Part shown: one piece after another, positions 1 through 14,327 of the stretch | How the letters are laid out: every line of letters begins with the position of its first letter | How positions within the stretch are numbered: position 1 is the stretch's first letter | Source: Octopus vulgaris | Taxonomy: Eukaryota | Assembly: GCA_951406725.2 (NCBI GenBank) | Contig: OX597820.1 | Coordinates: 29,202,001 to 29,266,000 of the forward strand | Reading direction: 5' to 3' | DNA: 64,000 nt | Translations under genes and position numbers: made by a program | Notes under the pieces: generated by a model | Databases searched by the model: none | Told to the model about the DNA's origin: nothing | The model's input: the letters and a program-made list of their open reading frames with translations, nothing else

Positions 1-236
1 GACGAATTGAGCATGGGGCTGGCTTATGAAGTTGTGCCTAATGGCCACAGGGAGACGAACAAGTACGTGTTGCTTCAACGGCTGCTGGAACGAAAAGAGC
101 GCTCAACAGCGGTCAGCGGTATGAGAACAAAAGACAAGAGAAAGGGACAGATGAAAAGAGAGAGAAGGTGGACGAGGGAGGAGAAGAAAGAGACAGATCG
201 AGGGGGCTGGAGGTGAGAGAGATATAGAAACGTAGA

Positions 237-251
237 ATGTATGTATGTATG

Positions 252-318
<67 letters not shown>

Positions 319-345
319 GTATATATATATATATATGTATGTATG

Positions 346-376
<31 letters not shown>

Positions 377-393
377 GTATATATATATATATG

Positions 394-447
<54 letters not shown>

Positions 448-453
448 TGTATG

Positions 454-530
<77 letters not shown>
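237..530. repeat. (TA)n/(TATG)n microsatellite
   Basis: Direct reading; source of the spurious Y/I-rich ORFs. Confidence 0.97.
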
Positions 531-533
<3 letters not shown>

Positions 534-701
534 CGTACACGCACACACTTGTACTTATATATCGGTGCGTGGGCATCTATTATATGATGGCGTGATAGTA
601 TGATCGAAATATGCTGAGTGATAAACGTCAATATATTTAATCAATATCTAAACACACACACACACAGACGTGTGTGTGTGTGTGTTTGTGTGTGTATGCG
701 T

Positions 702-759
<58 letters not shown>

Positions 760-883
760 AAGCTTTATAAATAGTTGGTTGGTTTTGAATAAAGAACATT
801 TAAATACTTGATCAGGTTTTTAAAGAAAATATTCAAAACAATTCTGGGTGTCTTCCAAACTACTCTTCTCCGAAAGTAATCAC

Positions 884-969
<86 letters not shown>

Positions 970-993
970 GGTGGTGGTGGTGGTGTTGGTGGT
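884..993. repeat. (TAG)n-(TGG)n compound microsatellite
   Basis: Direct reading. Confidence 0.95.
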
Positions 994-1072
994 TGCTGCT
1001 CTTCATATTCTAATGCCACAAACAGTAAAAATGGTATTTGCTAAAGCAGAATAGCTGCATAATATTAATAGG

Positions 1073-1117
<45 letters not shown>

Positions 1118-1389
1118 TTCTGTAAAAGTGCAACACAACTGAGAAAATACTTCAGTCTAAGACTAAATATTTTGGAAGTTTGTGATAAATGAATATGCCA
1201 AAGTAACCAAAACTAACCAAAAATATGTACTACATCTGTGAGTGTGTGTGTGTGTGTGTGCATGTAGGTATATGAAATCTTCCATTTATACACGTATGAA
1301 TATACAAACACACAAGCATATACACGCATGCACCCACACGTAGATATATATCTATATATATGTGCGTGTGTGTATATGTACACATACTT

Positions 1390-1575
1390 TTTGTGCGACT
1401 TTTTTCCTCCGTCTTTCTTTTCTCTTGGATTTTCCTCTGATTCCTGTTTCTGACGAAGGTCTTTGCTCGAAACCTAAAAGCTACCTTTCTTTCCTTCCCT
1501 GAGCGCCTGCTAATACTTTGCATGTACCATGTCCTCACGTTGTTGATTTTTTCTTGTGTTTGTTCTTCGTTTTTT
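1390..1575 (+). mobile_element. Penelope-like element terminal (pLTR) fragment with degenerate hammerhead
   Basis: TTT-CTGACGA-A..GCTC-GAAAC motif at about 1447-1480, T-rich tail running into a microsatellite; related to the minus-strand copies at 1700 and 2163. Confidence 0.5.
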
Positions 1576-1597
1576 TTTTTTTTGGGGGGGGGGGTAC

Positions 1598-1632
<35 letters not shown>

Positions 1633-1653
1633 ATTTATATGTATAGATATGTA

Positions 1654-1699
<46 letters not shown>

Positions 1700-1703
<4 letters not shown>

Positions 1704-1912
1704 GAATTCACAAAAAAAAAACAAAAGACGAAGACAGGTGGTGTAGACAACAAACAGATGTATTAGTATAACGCTCGGGAAGTCAGAAAGTCCTTAACGT
1801 TTCGAGCCTACGCTTTTCGAGAGAAAGGAACACAGAAATAAACAGGGAGAGAAAATAGAAAATAGAAAGAGAAAATAGAAAAAGGTTTAGTGGCTAATGA
1901 TCTATCATGTCG
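1700..1912 (-). mobile_element. Penelope-like terminal fragment (copy 1)
   Basis: Near-identical to 2163-2350; minus strand reads AAGCGTAGGCTCGAAACGTT (hammerhead stem II/GAAAC); abuts (TA)n. Confidence 0.55.
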
Positions 1913-2018
1913 AATATATATATGTTATTCGAAATATATAGTATCAAATATCCATCACGGCTGGTCTTTGGCGGGGACCAAACACAGACACAAAGAAACA
2001 CAAACACAGACACGCACG

Positions 2019-2079
<61 letters not shown>

Positions 2080-2128
2080 TTATCTAGTTTCAGCTCACAA
2101 GCTGTGGCCATGCTGGGGCACCGCCATT

Positions 2129-2160
<32 letters not shown>

Positions 2161-2162
2161 TA

Positions 2163-2350
2163 AGGAGAATTCACAAAAAACAAAATCGAAGACAGGTGGT
2201 GTAGACAACAATCAGATGTATTAGTATAACGCTCAGGAAGTGAAGAAGTCTTTAATGTTTCGAGCCTACGCTCTTCCACAGAATGGAACACAGAAAGAAA
2301 CAAGGAGATAAAATAAAGAATGTGTAGTGGCTAGCGACCTATCATGGCGA
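2163..2350 (-). mobile_element. Penelope-like terminal fragment (copy 2)
   Basis: Repeat of 1700-1912; minus strand CTGTGGAAGAGCGTAGGCTCGAAAC. Confidence 0.55.
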
Positions 2351-3049
2351 CAAAAAAAGTTTAGAAAGTATTAAAAAAAAGTTACGAAAAGTTCAAAAGG
2401 TTCAAAAGCTTAAGATGTCGTGATGTATTGGAGCGATTTTTCATCAACAGAGGAGTCCAGTGTAATCCACAGGTAGGGGGGCGGTTGAAGTGTAGAAAGT
2501 CCAGTAGAAGTTCGTGGGTGATGAGAGGAGACAGGATCAAATATATATAAGACTATTTTCTTTTCAGTTGCTCTATACTAAATCCTCATACAAGGATTTG
2601 GTCGGCCCGAGGCTACAGAAGAAGACACTTGCCCAAGATTTCATTCAGTGGGACTGAACCTGAAGCCATGAGGTTGAGAAACAAGTTTCTTAACCACACG
2701 GCGACGGTTGCACTTTATATGAAATAGTTTAACATAGTTCCACATTACTTAAAGATTTGTATATATAAGACACGTCTACTTCGTGCTATTTCCTTTCTGT
2801 GCTCTTTTATTCGTGTGTATATACACATGTGTTTGAGTGTGTGTGGGAGGAGGGCGTAAGCACATAAATACCTTATATTTCCTTTGTGTTTGATAGAGTC
2901 TGAGACTAGATTTACGAACAAACGCACAAGACCGAAAAACTTCGCGGAGCATCCAACCGTATCATCACATTCGAACGAACATTCATACATTCAAACGCAC
3001 TTTATATTGCATTAAATAAAATTATATGTGTGCATCTGTGTGTGTAGAT

Positions 3050-3135
3050 AGGTAGGTAGGTAGGTAAATAGGTAGGTACGTAGGTAGGTAGGTAGGTAGG
3101 TAGGTAGGTAGGTAGGTAGGTAGGTAGGTAGGTAA
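3050..3135. repeat. (TAGG)n microsatellite
   Basis: Direct reading. Confidence 0.95.
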
Positions 3136-3370
3136 GAGCTTTTACAATCTACCTCTAACGAGAATCGTGAGATTTGATAACATTGATATCAGCGTAGCGC
3201 ATTCATCATTAATAAAAATATTTTCTACATCGCATGTGTTGAGTTTCTTACTGTGAGACTGATCGTCTTCGTTTTCTGATTAAGAGAGTAGCATGTATAT
3301 ATATATATATATATACATACATACATATATACATATGTACACATATGCATATATATATATAAATAAATAA

Positions 3371-3427
<57 letters not shown>

Positions 3428-3474
3428 CATACATATATACATATGTACACATATGCATATATATATATAAATAA

Positions 3475-3521
<47 letters not shown>

Positions 3522-3523
<2 letters not shown>

Positions 3524-3686
3524 CAAAGGAGTGGTCGTGTTGTAATTAGTTTGCTTACCAGCCACATGGTTCCGGGTTCAGTCTCACAGTGTGGTACCTT
3601 GGGCAAGTATCTTCTACTATAGCCTCGGGCCGACCAAAGCCTTGTGACTGGAGTGGATTTGGTAGACGGAAACTGAAAGAAGAACG

Positions 3687-3734
<48 letters not shown>

Positions 3735-3920
3735 ATATGTTTGTATGTCTGTGTTTGTCCTCCCACCCTCACTTGACAACCGATGTTGGTGTGGTTACGT
3801 TACCGCAACTTAGCGGTTTGGCAAAGAGACCGAGAGAATAAGTCCTGGGCTCGATTTGTTCGACTAAAGGCGATGCTCTAGCATGGCCGCAGTCAAATGA
3901 CTGAAACAAGTAAAAGAATA
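3522..3920 (+). mobile_element. tRNA-derived SINE family A (internal microsatellite)
   Basis: A/B-box-like head (GGGTTCAGTC), CCTTGGGCAAGT core, internal (TG)n, tail ending ACAAGTAAAAGA; more than 12 copies in the window. Confidence 0.88.
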
Positions 3921-3930
3921 CCCATACATT

Positions 3931-4004
<74 letters not shown>

Positions 4005-4171
4005 GGCACGAAGCCTAATGGTTAAAGGGTGTTGCACTCACAATTGTTAAGATTGTTGTTTTAATTCCTGAACTGGGTGAAGTGTTGTGTTCTTGAATAA
4101 AACACTTCATTCCAAATTGGTCCAGTTCGCTCAACTGTGGAAAATGAGACCCCCATTAGTGAATAGATAAG

Positions 4172-4518
4172 GTGTGATTTTTCATCAGGACAATGCGAAG
4201 AGCTTGGTTGGGAAAAAATTTCTCATCCACCCTATTCTCCCGACCTTGCTCCTTTAGACTACCATTTGTTTCGTAGTTTACAGAATTATTTGGGGAACAT
4301 AACTTTCGCAAGTCAGGAGGAGGTCGAAACTGACATTTCAGTGTTCTTCGCTTTGAAACCAAAGCGAAGATGTGATTAAAAAGCTTGTAAATAGATGGAA
4401 TGAAGTCATAGATGATCAGGGAAAGTACTTTGATGAATAAATTTCAATTAAATATAACATTTGATCACTTGTTTTCTTTATTCAAAATTCGGACAGAACT
4501 TGTGGGATGACATGATAA
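4172..4518 (+). mobile_element. Mariner transposase C-terminal remnant plus right TIR
   Basis: Translates VIFHQDNA...GWEKISHPPYSPDLAPLDYHLFRSLQNYL (YSPDLAP mariner motif). Confidence 0.85.
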
Positions 4519-5372
4519 TAAATTGAATAATTAGATAATTATTTAAAACTGTTATTATTAAAGTTTCCAGTAAATAAATTGTTGGTATTGTGCCTAAAAT
4601 AGAAGAAATTATTATTTTTAAAGTCTTAAATAGGGCAAAAAAATTTTTTTTTTTTAGTCTTGGAAAGGTTTGATCTATGGATAAATAACGACGCTACAAC
4701 CATATTGAGTCTCCTAATTTCTTTCATATGGTTGTACTGAATAGCAAAATGTCCCTAGATCCCTAGATTCCATTATGCCAAAACATTAGTATTCATAGCA
4801 TTCCTCTATTCTTCCTAATTTGTACTTTCCACATAACTCCCAATGGGCGGACGATGTGGCATTATCATTCATAGTTCCTCTATTGAGTTAATTTATTTGC
4901 TGCATTTAGTAACAAAACTAACAGCATAGAATAAGCCTTCAAAATAATCAATATACGAAACGGAGTATTGTGCATAGGCGCAGGCAGAAGCGTATGGTTA
5001 AAAAGTTCACTTCACAGTTACTTATTTCAATGTACAATTCTCAAAATGCATTGCGAATGCAGTTCACTTTCTTCGCAGCCATTTTGCAGGAGCCGTTTCA
5101 AATCTTATGTTTTTATGAGTGTAGATCTACAGAAAACCTACATATAACTAATATTTGTGAAACCTACTTCTGTTCATATCATTGTTATATCGTCGTCGGC
5201 GGCGTTTTTATCGTGTGTCCGATAATTCATTTGGCTTTTTCTTGGCTGCTTCTTCCCCTCTGTCCGTGTTTATGCCTCTGATGACTAATGAGGCCAATTC
5301 TTGTATGGAAGCATCTATTGTAAAGTCCACGAGGGATCCGTTGTGGGGGTTTTGGTTCTTTCTTGTCGTTTC

Positions 5373-5820
5373 TCTCTACGGTTGTGAAACCTGGATTCTT
5401 TACCGAAGTGACGTCAAAAACTAGAGCGGTTTCTTCAACAGAAGCTCCGCCCTGTTATGAATATCAAATAGAATGACTATGTGACCTATGGCTCCGTTTT
5501 GGAGAGAACGAAAAGCAGCAGAATTGAGGCCACCATCCTGAAACATAGTGACTGAGACGGGCGGGCCACGTAGCAAGAATGAAAGAGATCAGGCTGCCTC
5601 GGCAAATTTTATATGGTGAACTTTCCACTGGAAGAAGACTCTGTGATCGTCTCCTCCGTCGACACAAGAACCAGTTGAAGCAAAGCCTAAAACTGACTGG
5701 AATCGATCTCAAAGCCTGGGGTATTAATGCTCAGGACAAGCCTGGGTGGCATCATTCCATTTCCACCGTGACAGATCATTTTGAAGCTGAACGACAGAGG
5801 GAAGAAAAAGAGAAGTAGCA
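5373..5820 (+). mobile_element. RTE-clade LINE, degraded RT C-terminal fragment
   Basis: LYGCETW...GHVARMKEIRLPRQILYGELSTGRR...LKQSLK typical of RTE ORF2. Confidence 0.82.
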
Positions 5821-5821
5821 T

Positions 5822-6542
5822 TGTCAATAAAGTCACCAGTGGCTTCAACCACGGCCTCCAGACGACTTCGAAATCTCCTGCAACTCTTCTGGACGGTCTC
5901 CTTGTTTAAGTTGGAGAATACTGCCATAATTCCTGCTATAGGTTTATCTTTGGTGTTACAAGGAATTTTGTCGGTCTCTCTATCAACTGCATCCCGCACA
6001 TAATAATCAAGGAGGTTGCATTGTGGGGAGTTATGTGGCCGGGTTTTAGGGGTCGCAGAAATTGTCTGACAGCCATGACTGGATTCTTCTGCTTGTGTGG
6101 CATGGTGCAGAGTCTTGTTGCCAGACATAGGGTCTTCCAGCAAAACCCTCTTCACCCAGACCAGCACTACCGCCTCCAAGCACTTGATATAAGCCTCCAT
6201 GCTGAATCGGAGGCTTATGGAAAGAAGAATGGAGCCATCACTAGTGATCACTCCCAAACACCATGATGTTGACTGGGTATTTGATTTTTATCATTCTCGA
6301 TACTTGTCTTCAGATTGCGCTATCCTCAGATTGAAATGTTCGTATTGAAACTTCCGGCACGAATGCCAAGCAGCATGTCGTTTCCAAATTTCTGGCCGAG
6401 CAAATTGTCATGGTGCTGCTTTTCTCACAAACAGTACCCAACTGACCCTACTATACTGTTTAGTCGACAAAATCAAAAACAAACAATGCGCATGCGCGAA
6501 ATTGAAAATATAAAATGGCGACAATTTACCCGTTGCACTCTG
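5822..6542 (-). mobile_element. Tc1/mariner (maT/DD37D-like) transposon remnant
   Basis: MGVITSDG..., NSPQCNLLDYYV..., SCRRFRSRLEAVVEATGDFI; TIR-like end at about 6522-6542. Confidence 0.75.
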
Positions 6543-6774
6543 CTTATATTATAGTTCTCTGTAACTTAACGCAATGAAATGTTCTGGTTAAGCATTTAAA
6601 CGCACATGGAACACCCAATGCGAAGTTCAAAGCTATCATATGGTTAAACGTACGTAGTAACTAATGATATAAGCACGTGTTTACTTTAATTTCTTATATA
6701 CATATAACATATATATACGTGTGTGTTTGTGTGTGTGCGTGTGTATGTGTGTGTGTGCGTATGTGTGTGAGTGT

Positions 6775-7015
6775 GGAGGCGCATGGTTTAATGGTTAGGA
6801 TTGTTGCACTTATGATCATAAGATTGTGGTTTCGATTTCTGGACCAGGCGATGCGTTACGTTCTTGAACAAAACACTTCGTTTTACGTTGTTATAGTCCG
6901 CACATCTGGCAAAAATAAATAATCCTGCGATGGACCGGCGTCCAGTTCAGAAAGAGAATACATACGCCACGGAATCTGGGAGATCGGTCCTATGGGCTTA
7001 TGGCTCGGGAAGGAT
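6775..7015 (+). mobile_element. tRNA-derived SINE (family-D-like head, V-domain-like tail)
   Basis: GGAGGCGCATGGTTTAATGGTTAGG head; CCTGCGATGGACCGGCGTCC motif shared with family C. Confidence 0.7.
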
Positions 7016-7025
7016 CATTGATCTT

Positions 7026-7491
<466 letters not shown>

Positions 7492-7741
7492 GTGAGAGAG
7501 AGACGGGGAAAATAATGAATGAGGGGAAACGGAAAATGGAGTTAGCAAGAATTTTGCTAACTCCATTTTCCGTGTCTCACATTCATTATAAACTCAACGA
7601 ACACTACGGAATTTCTGACGTAGATCAAGTGACAGTTATATCATAGCAGTGGATAACATCAGGTAGCCTAAACGGTGTAAGTGCTTTAATCGACACACTA
7701 TTAGATATTTACCCAAAGTCCAAATAATTTTTTGTGTGCGC

Positions 7742-7798
<57 letters not shown>

Positions 7799-8857
7799 AT
7801 GTGCATGTGTATTCCATATCCATATCTGTTTTATGCTTAACTGTTTAAGAGCAGTGATGTGATGAAATTGTTTAACTTGGCAATTTGATAAAAAAAAAAG
7901 ATAGAGCGACAAAATAATTTCAAGGTTGGGGTGATACGATCGCCTATAAAAAAACACTTTAATAGCAGCCGTATCCCAGCATGGGCGTAGTTCAGTGACT
8001 GAAACCAATACAAAAAAAAATCAAACCTTATTTTATTGATCACTGACCAGAATAATGAAAAGCGAATCTGACCTCGGCGGGATTTGAAAACAGAACGCGT
8101 CTAAATAGGATTACTAAACACCATTCATAATTAATGTTCTGAGGAGTTCACATGGTTGCAGGCGGTTTCATTATTTGAATTGATTCGATAATTACAAGTA
8201 AACGAAAAACCAAAAACAAAAAACTAAATAGGAATTGACAATCATTTACAATACCATAGCGTGATAATGCAATTATGCCTTGTTCTGCAAAATGATAGCA
8301 GATGTTGTAACTCCATCCAAATAGCAATCTGATGCTGTGTCGGTTTGTCATTAAATTTGTTTCTATCAACGATCTTTTGCCATAAAGGTGGTCATTGGAT
8401 ATAAATTGTATTCGTTCTTTTTTATATGATTAGTACTCTGTTCGTAGCTGAGCAGTTAACTGGTGGCTATCAGGAATTCGTTACGTGTATGTTTGTGTTT
8501 GTTCATGAGTATATGCCTATCGCTGTGCGTGTCTGTTGATGTATATATGTTAACAGATAGAGATAATGCAGTTCAAGGAAAAAAAGACATCATATCCAAT
8601 ATATGTGAGGACTTTGCCCGTCAGGATGCCATCATTATTCCAATGGAGTATTATAAAGCACACACATAAACACATACGTACAGACATACACACACACATA
8701 CATATGTATATTCATGCGTTTGTGTGTGTATGCATATATATATATGCATATATGTGTGTGTGCGTATGTGTGTATGGATATATACACATACATAAATACA
8801 TATATGGTTTATAATACTTATAGATAGATACATACATACATAAATACACACAGATTC

Positions 8858-9042
8858 AGAGTGTCTGTGTGGTAAGTAGCTTGCTAACCAACCATATGAT
8901 TCCAGGTTCAGCCCCACATGGTTCCGGGTTCAGTCTCACAGTGTGGTACCTTGGGCAAGTGTCTTCTACTGTAGCTTCGAGTCGACCAAAGCCTTGTGAG
9001 TGGATTTGGTAGACGGAAAATGAAAGAAGCCCGTGTGTGTGC

Positions 9043-9083
<41 letters not shown>

Positions 9084-9283
9084 TGTGTCAGTGTTTGTCC
9101 CCCCAACATCCCTTGACAACCGATGCTGGTTTGTTTACGTCCCCGTAACTTAGCGGTTCGGCATAAGAGACCGATAGAATAAGTACTAGGCTTACAAAGA
9201 ATAAGTCCTGGGGTCGATTTGCTCGATTAAAGGTGGTGCTCCAGCATGGCCACAGTCAAATGACTGAAACAAGTAAAAGAGTA
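8858..9283 (+). mobile_element. SINE family A
   Basis: Matches family consensus; short internal duplication of the B-box region. Confidence 0.88.
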
Positions 9284-9558
9284 TACATACATAATTTCAG
9301 CTACCAGCGCGTTGCATCCTTAATCAAGACACTTTATTTCGCGTTATACCAGTAATTCAAAGGGACCAGCCTTGTCACTCTCTGTGTCACGCTGTCTTCC
9401 TGAGACTTAAGCTATGGGTACGCGAATAAGTGAAGAGTTCAGCCGCTTGCACGTAAAATTTCACGCACATGCTGTTCTGTTGATCTATCAGCTAGAACAC
9501 GCGCAAAGCGTTGAGTGACTGGAACAAGTAAAAGATATATATATTTCGTTTAGGTATA

Positions 9559-9882
9559 GGAGCACTCCGTCGGTTACGACGACGAAGGTCCCAGCTGATA
9601 CGATCAACGGAACAGCTTGCTCGTGAAATTAACGTGCAAGTGACTGAGCAATCCACAGACACGTGTATCCCTAACGTAGTTCCCAGGGAGATTCAGCGTG
9701 ACACAGAGTGTAACAAGGCCGGCCCTTTGAATTACAGGTACAACTCATTTTTGCCAGATGAGTGGACTAGAGCAACGTGGAATAAAGTGTCTTGCTGAAG
9801 GACACAATGCGTCGCCGGGAATTGAGCTCACGACCTTACAACTGTGAGCCGAATGCCCTAACCACTAAGCCACACGCCTTCA
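9559..9882 (-). mobile_element. tRNA-derived SINE family D
   Basis: Reverse complement of 37213-37531; imperfect TSD TCGTTTAGRTATA. Confidence 0.85.
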
Positions 9883-10144
9883 TCGTTTAGATATAATGAT
9901 ACTAATACTGAGGAGTGACAGAAATAGGCCGAAACCAGGACTGGTGTACTTGTCCCGTCGCTAGGAGATGGTAGGGGTTCGCTCCCCTGCTCGCAGTTTT
10001 ATCGGCTGCAGCTGTGCATCGTTTACCAGCTACAGGAGATGTCCTGTTGGGGTTACAAAATCGCAGTAGAGTCCGCTCGGACGAACAGCCATGTTAAAAT
10101 GGCTACGAATATTATATGTCGATACTAATAAGCTAATGTTAGAA

Positions 10145-10860
<716 letters not shown>

Positions 10861-10869
10861 GCGATACTG

Positions 10870-11248
10870 CTAGCAGTATCACCCGGCGTTGCTCTGGTTT
10901 GTTTCGACCCTTTGAAATTGGAATTTTTGAAAAGAAAAAAATTTTAATTATGTAGCTTGTTATTCTCTTTAAGTGAACAATTGTCTGGTTGAAATACACT
11001 GAAAAATGGCGACACAGCAGTCAAAATATCGTAAAAAATAGGGATTTTCATAGAAAAAAAAACACCTTTTTGATGTAAATAATTTTTGGTCTTAACATGG
11101 TCCGATTTGAATTTTATTTTCTACGGATTGAAGAGCAAGCCTTCTTCTATCATACTTTCAATTTTCGTTAACTTGCGCCGCAGGATCTCGGGGAAGATAG
11201 TGTTAGTTGTCTGCCACACACAGACAACTTCAGCTTTATGTATATAGA
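10870..11248 (-). mobile_element. Non-autonomous Helitron
   Basis: 5' TCTATATACATAAAGCTGAAGTTGT; 3' hairpin CCAGAGCAACGCCGGG then ATACTGCTAG; same termini as 45537-45910. Confidence 0.75.
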
Positions 11249-11283
11249 TAAATTCCCTGTAAGTTTGGAGTTATACTCCCTAA

Positions 11284-11334
<51 letters not shown>

Positions 11335-12036
11335 CATCATCATTATTATTATTATTATCATTATTATTATTATTATTACTATTATTATTATTATTATTAT
11401 TACTATTATTATTATTATATATTCTGTTTTGATATATATGTACACACATACAAGCACATAAATTAATTAAGTAATGAAGTTTACTCTTACTTCAAAGTCG
11501 GGAGAAACAAAAAGCAAAAGGCTGAACTATGTGACATTCGTTCAGTTGAAGTAAACAAAGTTACATCAAAACGGAAATATTTATTTAATAATATTTCTCT
11601 TTAGTAAAAGAGGAAAACAACCAACCAACCAACCATCCAACAAACCAAGCAACAACAGAAACAGTGTTAATTTGGTTATTTAAGAGTCGATATAAAAATT
11701 GAAATATTGTGACATTGCAAAAATGAATGCATTTTTATTTCAATTAATCATATGTTAAATATAAAACCAGCTTCACATTTAAAACTAAATTTATCTGGGT
11801 CTGTGTGGAAGATATGCTACTGTTTATTTTTGTTTCAATGCTTTCTTGAAGGACCTCCAATTTCAGGAGCTCCGTGAGTGATAATCAAGACCGAAAGGGT
11901 GGGGGGTTAACCTCAGACATAAAAAATCCGACTTAGACGGTTGTAAACGGTTGTAACAGAGTGGACGACACCGCTATTTTCTAAAGCTTTATTTTAGTAA
12001 ATGTTTGCTCTGCTCTAATATATATATATATATATT

Positions 12037-12437
12037 CTTTTATTATTTTATTTATTTCGGCCGTTTTACTGCAGCTATGCCGGAGCACCGCTTTAAAGGG
12101 TGTTTGTCGAAGAAACCGACCCCAGGACTTTATCATTTGTAAGCTTAGTACTTATTTTATCGTTATATCGGTCTCTTTTGCCGAACCGCTAAGTTACGGG
12201 ACATAAACACACCAGCATCGGTTGTCAAGCGTTGGCGGGGGTTTGGGTGACAAATACAGAGACACACACACACACAGATATATGTACATATTCTTCCAGT
12301 TTCCGTCTACCAAATCCACTCACAGGCCTTGGGTCGGCCCGACGCTATAATAGAAAACACATGCCCAAGGTACCACGCAATGGGATTGAACCCGGAATCA
12401 TGTGGTTGGGAAGAAAGATTCTTACCACGCAGCCACT
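12037..12437 (-). mobile_element. SINE family A (diverged)
   Basis: Reverse complement of family A head and tail. Confidence 0.8.
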
Positions 12438-12629
12438 ATATATATAGTGTTTGAAAAGGGTAAACGAAAGTGCTCACAAACTAGAAAAAACTTCTTCCCA
12501 AAAAAGGTTAATGTTCTCATAATAGATTTCATAACATTTCTTTTTAATCACCTTTACATTTCAAAAACTGTATTAAGTAATTCTCATAGACTTTCAAATA
12601 TATATATATATATATATACATATATATAC

Positions 12630-12817
12630 GAAGGCTTCTTTCAGCTTTTGTTCACCAAATCCACTCACAAGGCTTTGATCAGCCTGAAGCTATAATGTAA
12701 GACATTTGCCCAAGGTGCCACGCAGTAAAACTAAACCCAGAACCATGTGGTTGGGAAACAAGCTTCTTACCACACAACCACACTTACGCCCCTTACCACA
12801 CAACCACGCCTGCGCCT
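12630..12817 (-). mobile_element. SINE family A 5' half
   Basis: Reverse complement of head and core. Confidence 0.75.
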
Positions 12818-12893
12818 GTATATATTTAGTTACAGGATTCATCATGTTAGTTGACGAAGAGATCATCTTCTGGATTTACCTTGCCCATTTAAA

Positions 12894-12978
12894 ATTTTAC
12901 CCGAGGATGGTGGATTTATGATATGGTGTAATCTATGAATGCGTGAATAAAATGCTACCGAAACAGCTGTAGTAAAAT
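12894..12978 (+). ncRNA. Minimal type I hammerhead ribozyme fold (one core substitution)
   Basis: ATTTTAC-CCGAGGA-T-GGTGG..CTACC-GAAAC-AGCT-GTA-GTAAAAT. Confidence 0.6.
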
Positions 12979-13332
12979 ATAAACCCCCATTGGTGTTCTT
13001 TGTGTGGTTCCATTAAAATTATTTATATTTCTGAAATGTCGCAGTTTCAGTTTTATATTGATTATCTTAAGTAACCAAATAATTTCGTTTCGTTTTTTCA
13101 GTATTTTTCTTCTTTAATTTTTGCTTTAAGATGTGTTTTTCTTCTCTTATTATTGAAAAAAAAATTGTTAAATAAATATAAAAATTCTGTAGTGACTTTG
13201 TTTATTTCACCAGAATGAAAGTCTTCATACAGCAGCCTTTTTCTTCCACCCAGCTTTGAAGTAAAGTAACTGTTGTCCCTGCTATTTAATTAATTAAAAT
13301 GTCTATATACATGCGAGATTGTGTGTGTGTCC

Positions 13333-13387
<55 letters not shown>

Positions 13388-13600
13388 CATATGTCCGTTT
13401 ATATCCAAATATACATACACATATATACATATGCGCATATATATATGGGTATGTGTGTGACGTATATACATATGTAAATATATATATATATATATATACG
13501 TATATGTATGTACATATATATGTATATATAATATATGTATGTATATATATATGTGTGTATGTATATATGTGCATATACATATATATATATATCCTATAGT

Positions 13601-13935
13601 GAAGGCGCATGACTCAGTGGTTAGTGCGTCGAGCTTACGATCGTGAAGTTGTGAATTCGATTCCCGGACCGAGCTGTGTGTTGTGTTCTTGAGCAAGACA
13701 CTATTTCACGTTGCTCCAGTTAACTCAGCTGTAGAAATGAGTTGCGACATCACTGCTGCCAAGCTGTATCAACCTTTGCCTTTCCCTTGGATAACATCAC
13801 TGATGTGGAGAGGGGAAGCTGGTATGCATGGGCGACTGCTGGCCTTCCACAAACAACCTTGCCCGGATGTGAGCCACGGAGGATAACTTTCTAGGTGTAA
13901 TCCCAAGGTCATTCATGACTGAAAGAGGTCTCCTC
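13601..13935 (+). mobile_element. tRNA-derived SINE (family-D-like head and core, distinct tail)
   Basis: GAAGGCGCATGACTCAGTGGTTAG...GAATTCGATTCCC...CTTGAGCAAGACACT. Confidence 0.75.
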
Positions 13936-13979
13936 CTCCTATATATATATTTCTGTATATTTTAAAACATTTATCTATT

Positions 13980-14026
<47 letters not shown>

Positions 14027-14118
14027 TTAGAGACAAAACCACTATTATGCAAATCAAACAAAGAAAGACTTAATCCAATACATAAAAAAATTATATAAAT
14101 TAAATAAAATTAAGTTAT

Positions 14119-14164
14119 CCACTACAATTGTTTCTTGTCACTTCTAAGGACATTCATCAGGTGG
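14119..14164 (-). ncRNA. Minimal type I hammerhead ribozyme
   Basis: Minus strand CCAC-CTGATGA-A-TGTC(cttagaagt)GACA-A-GAAAC-AATT-GTA-GTGG; intact core, palindromic loop III. Confidence 0.75.
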
Positions 14165-14259
14165 TTTTCAAACCTTCTATTCAATTTTAAATAATTTAAA
14201 ATTGAATACCCCTTTAAACCTGCCTAAATGTATAAATGCCAAAACTACTCTTGTCACCT

Positions 14260-14310
14260 AGCTTCCTGATGATTTCTTTTGAATGAAACAGTTCTAGTCC
14301 TGTAGAAGCT
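14260..14310 (+). ncRNA. Type I hammerhead ribozyme
   Basis: AGCTTC-CTGATGA-T-TTC(tttt)GAA-T-GAA-ACAG(ttctagtc)CTGT-A-GAAGCT; 6-bp stem I, GUA cleavage triplet, weak 3-bp stem II. Confidence 0.7.
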
Positions 14311-14327
14311 CCTTCTATAAAATAAAT

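Noticed and set aside
75-631. Long ORFs rich in Y/I/H/T/V/C (also at 10.1-10.8, 29.1-29.8, 33.1-33.8 and 35.8-36.8 kb)
   Set aside because: Translations of stop-free dinucleotide microsatellites, not genes
6480-6545. NRF1 (TGCGCATGCGC) and YY1 (AAAATGGCG) motifs as a host promoter
   Set aside because: They lie in the subterminal region of the maT-like transposon remnant; no linked exon
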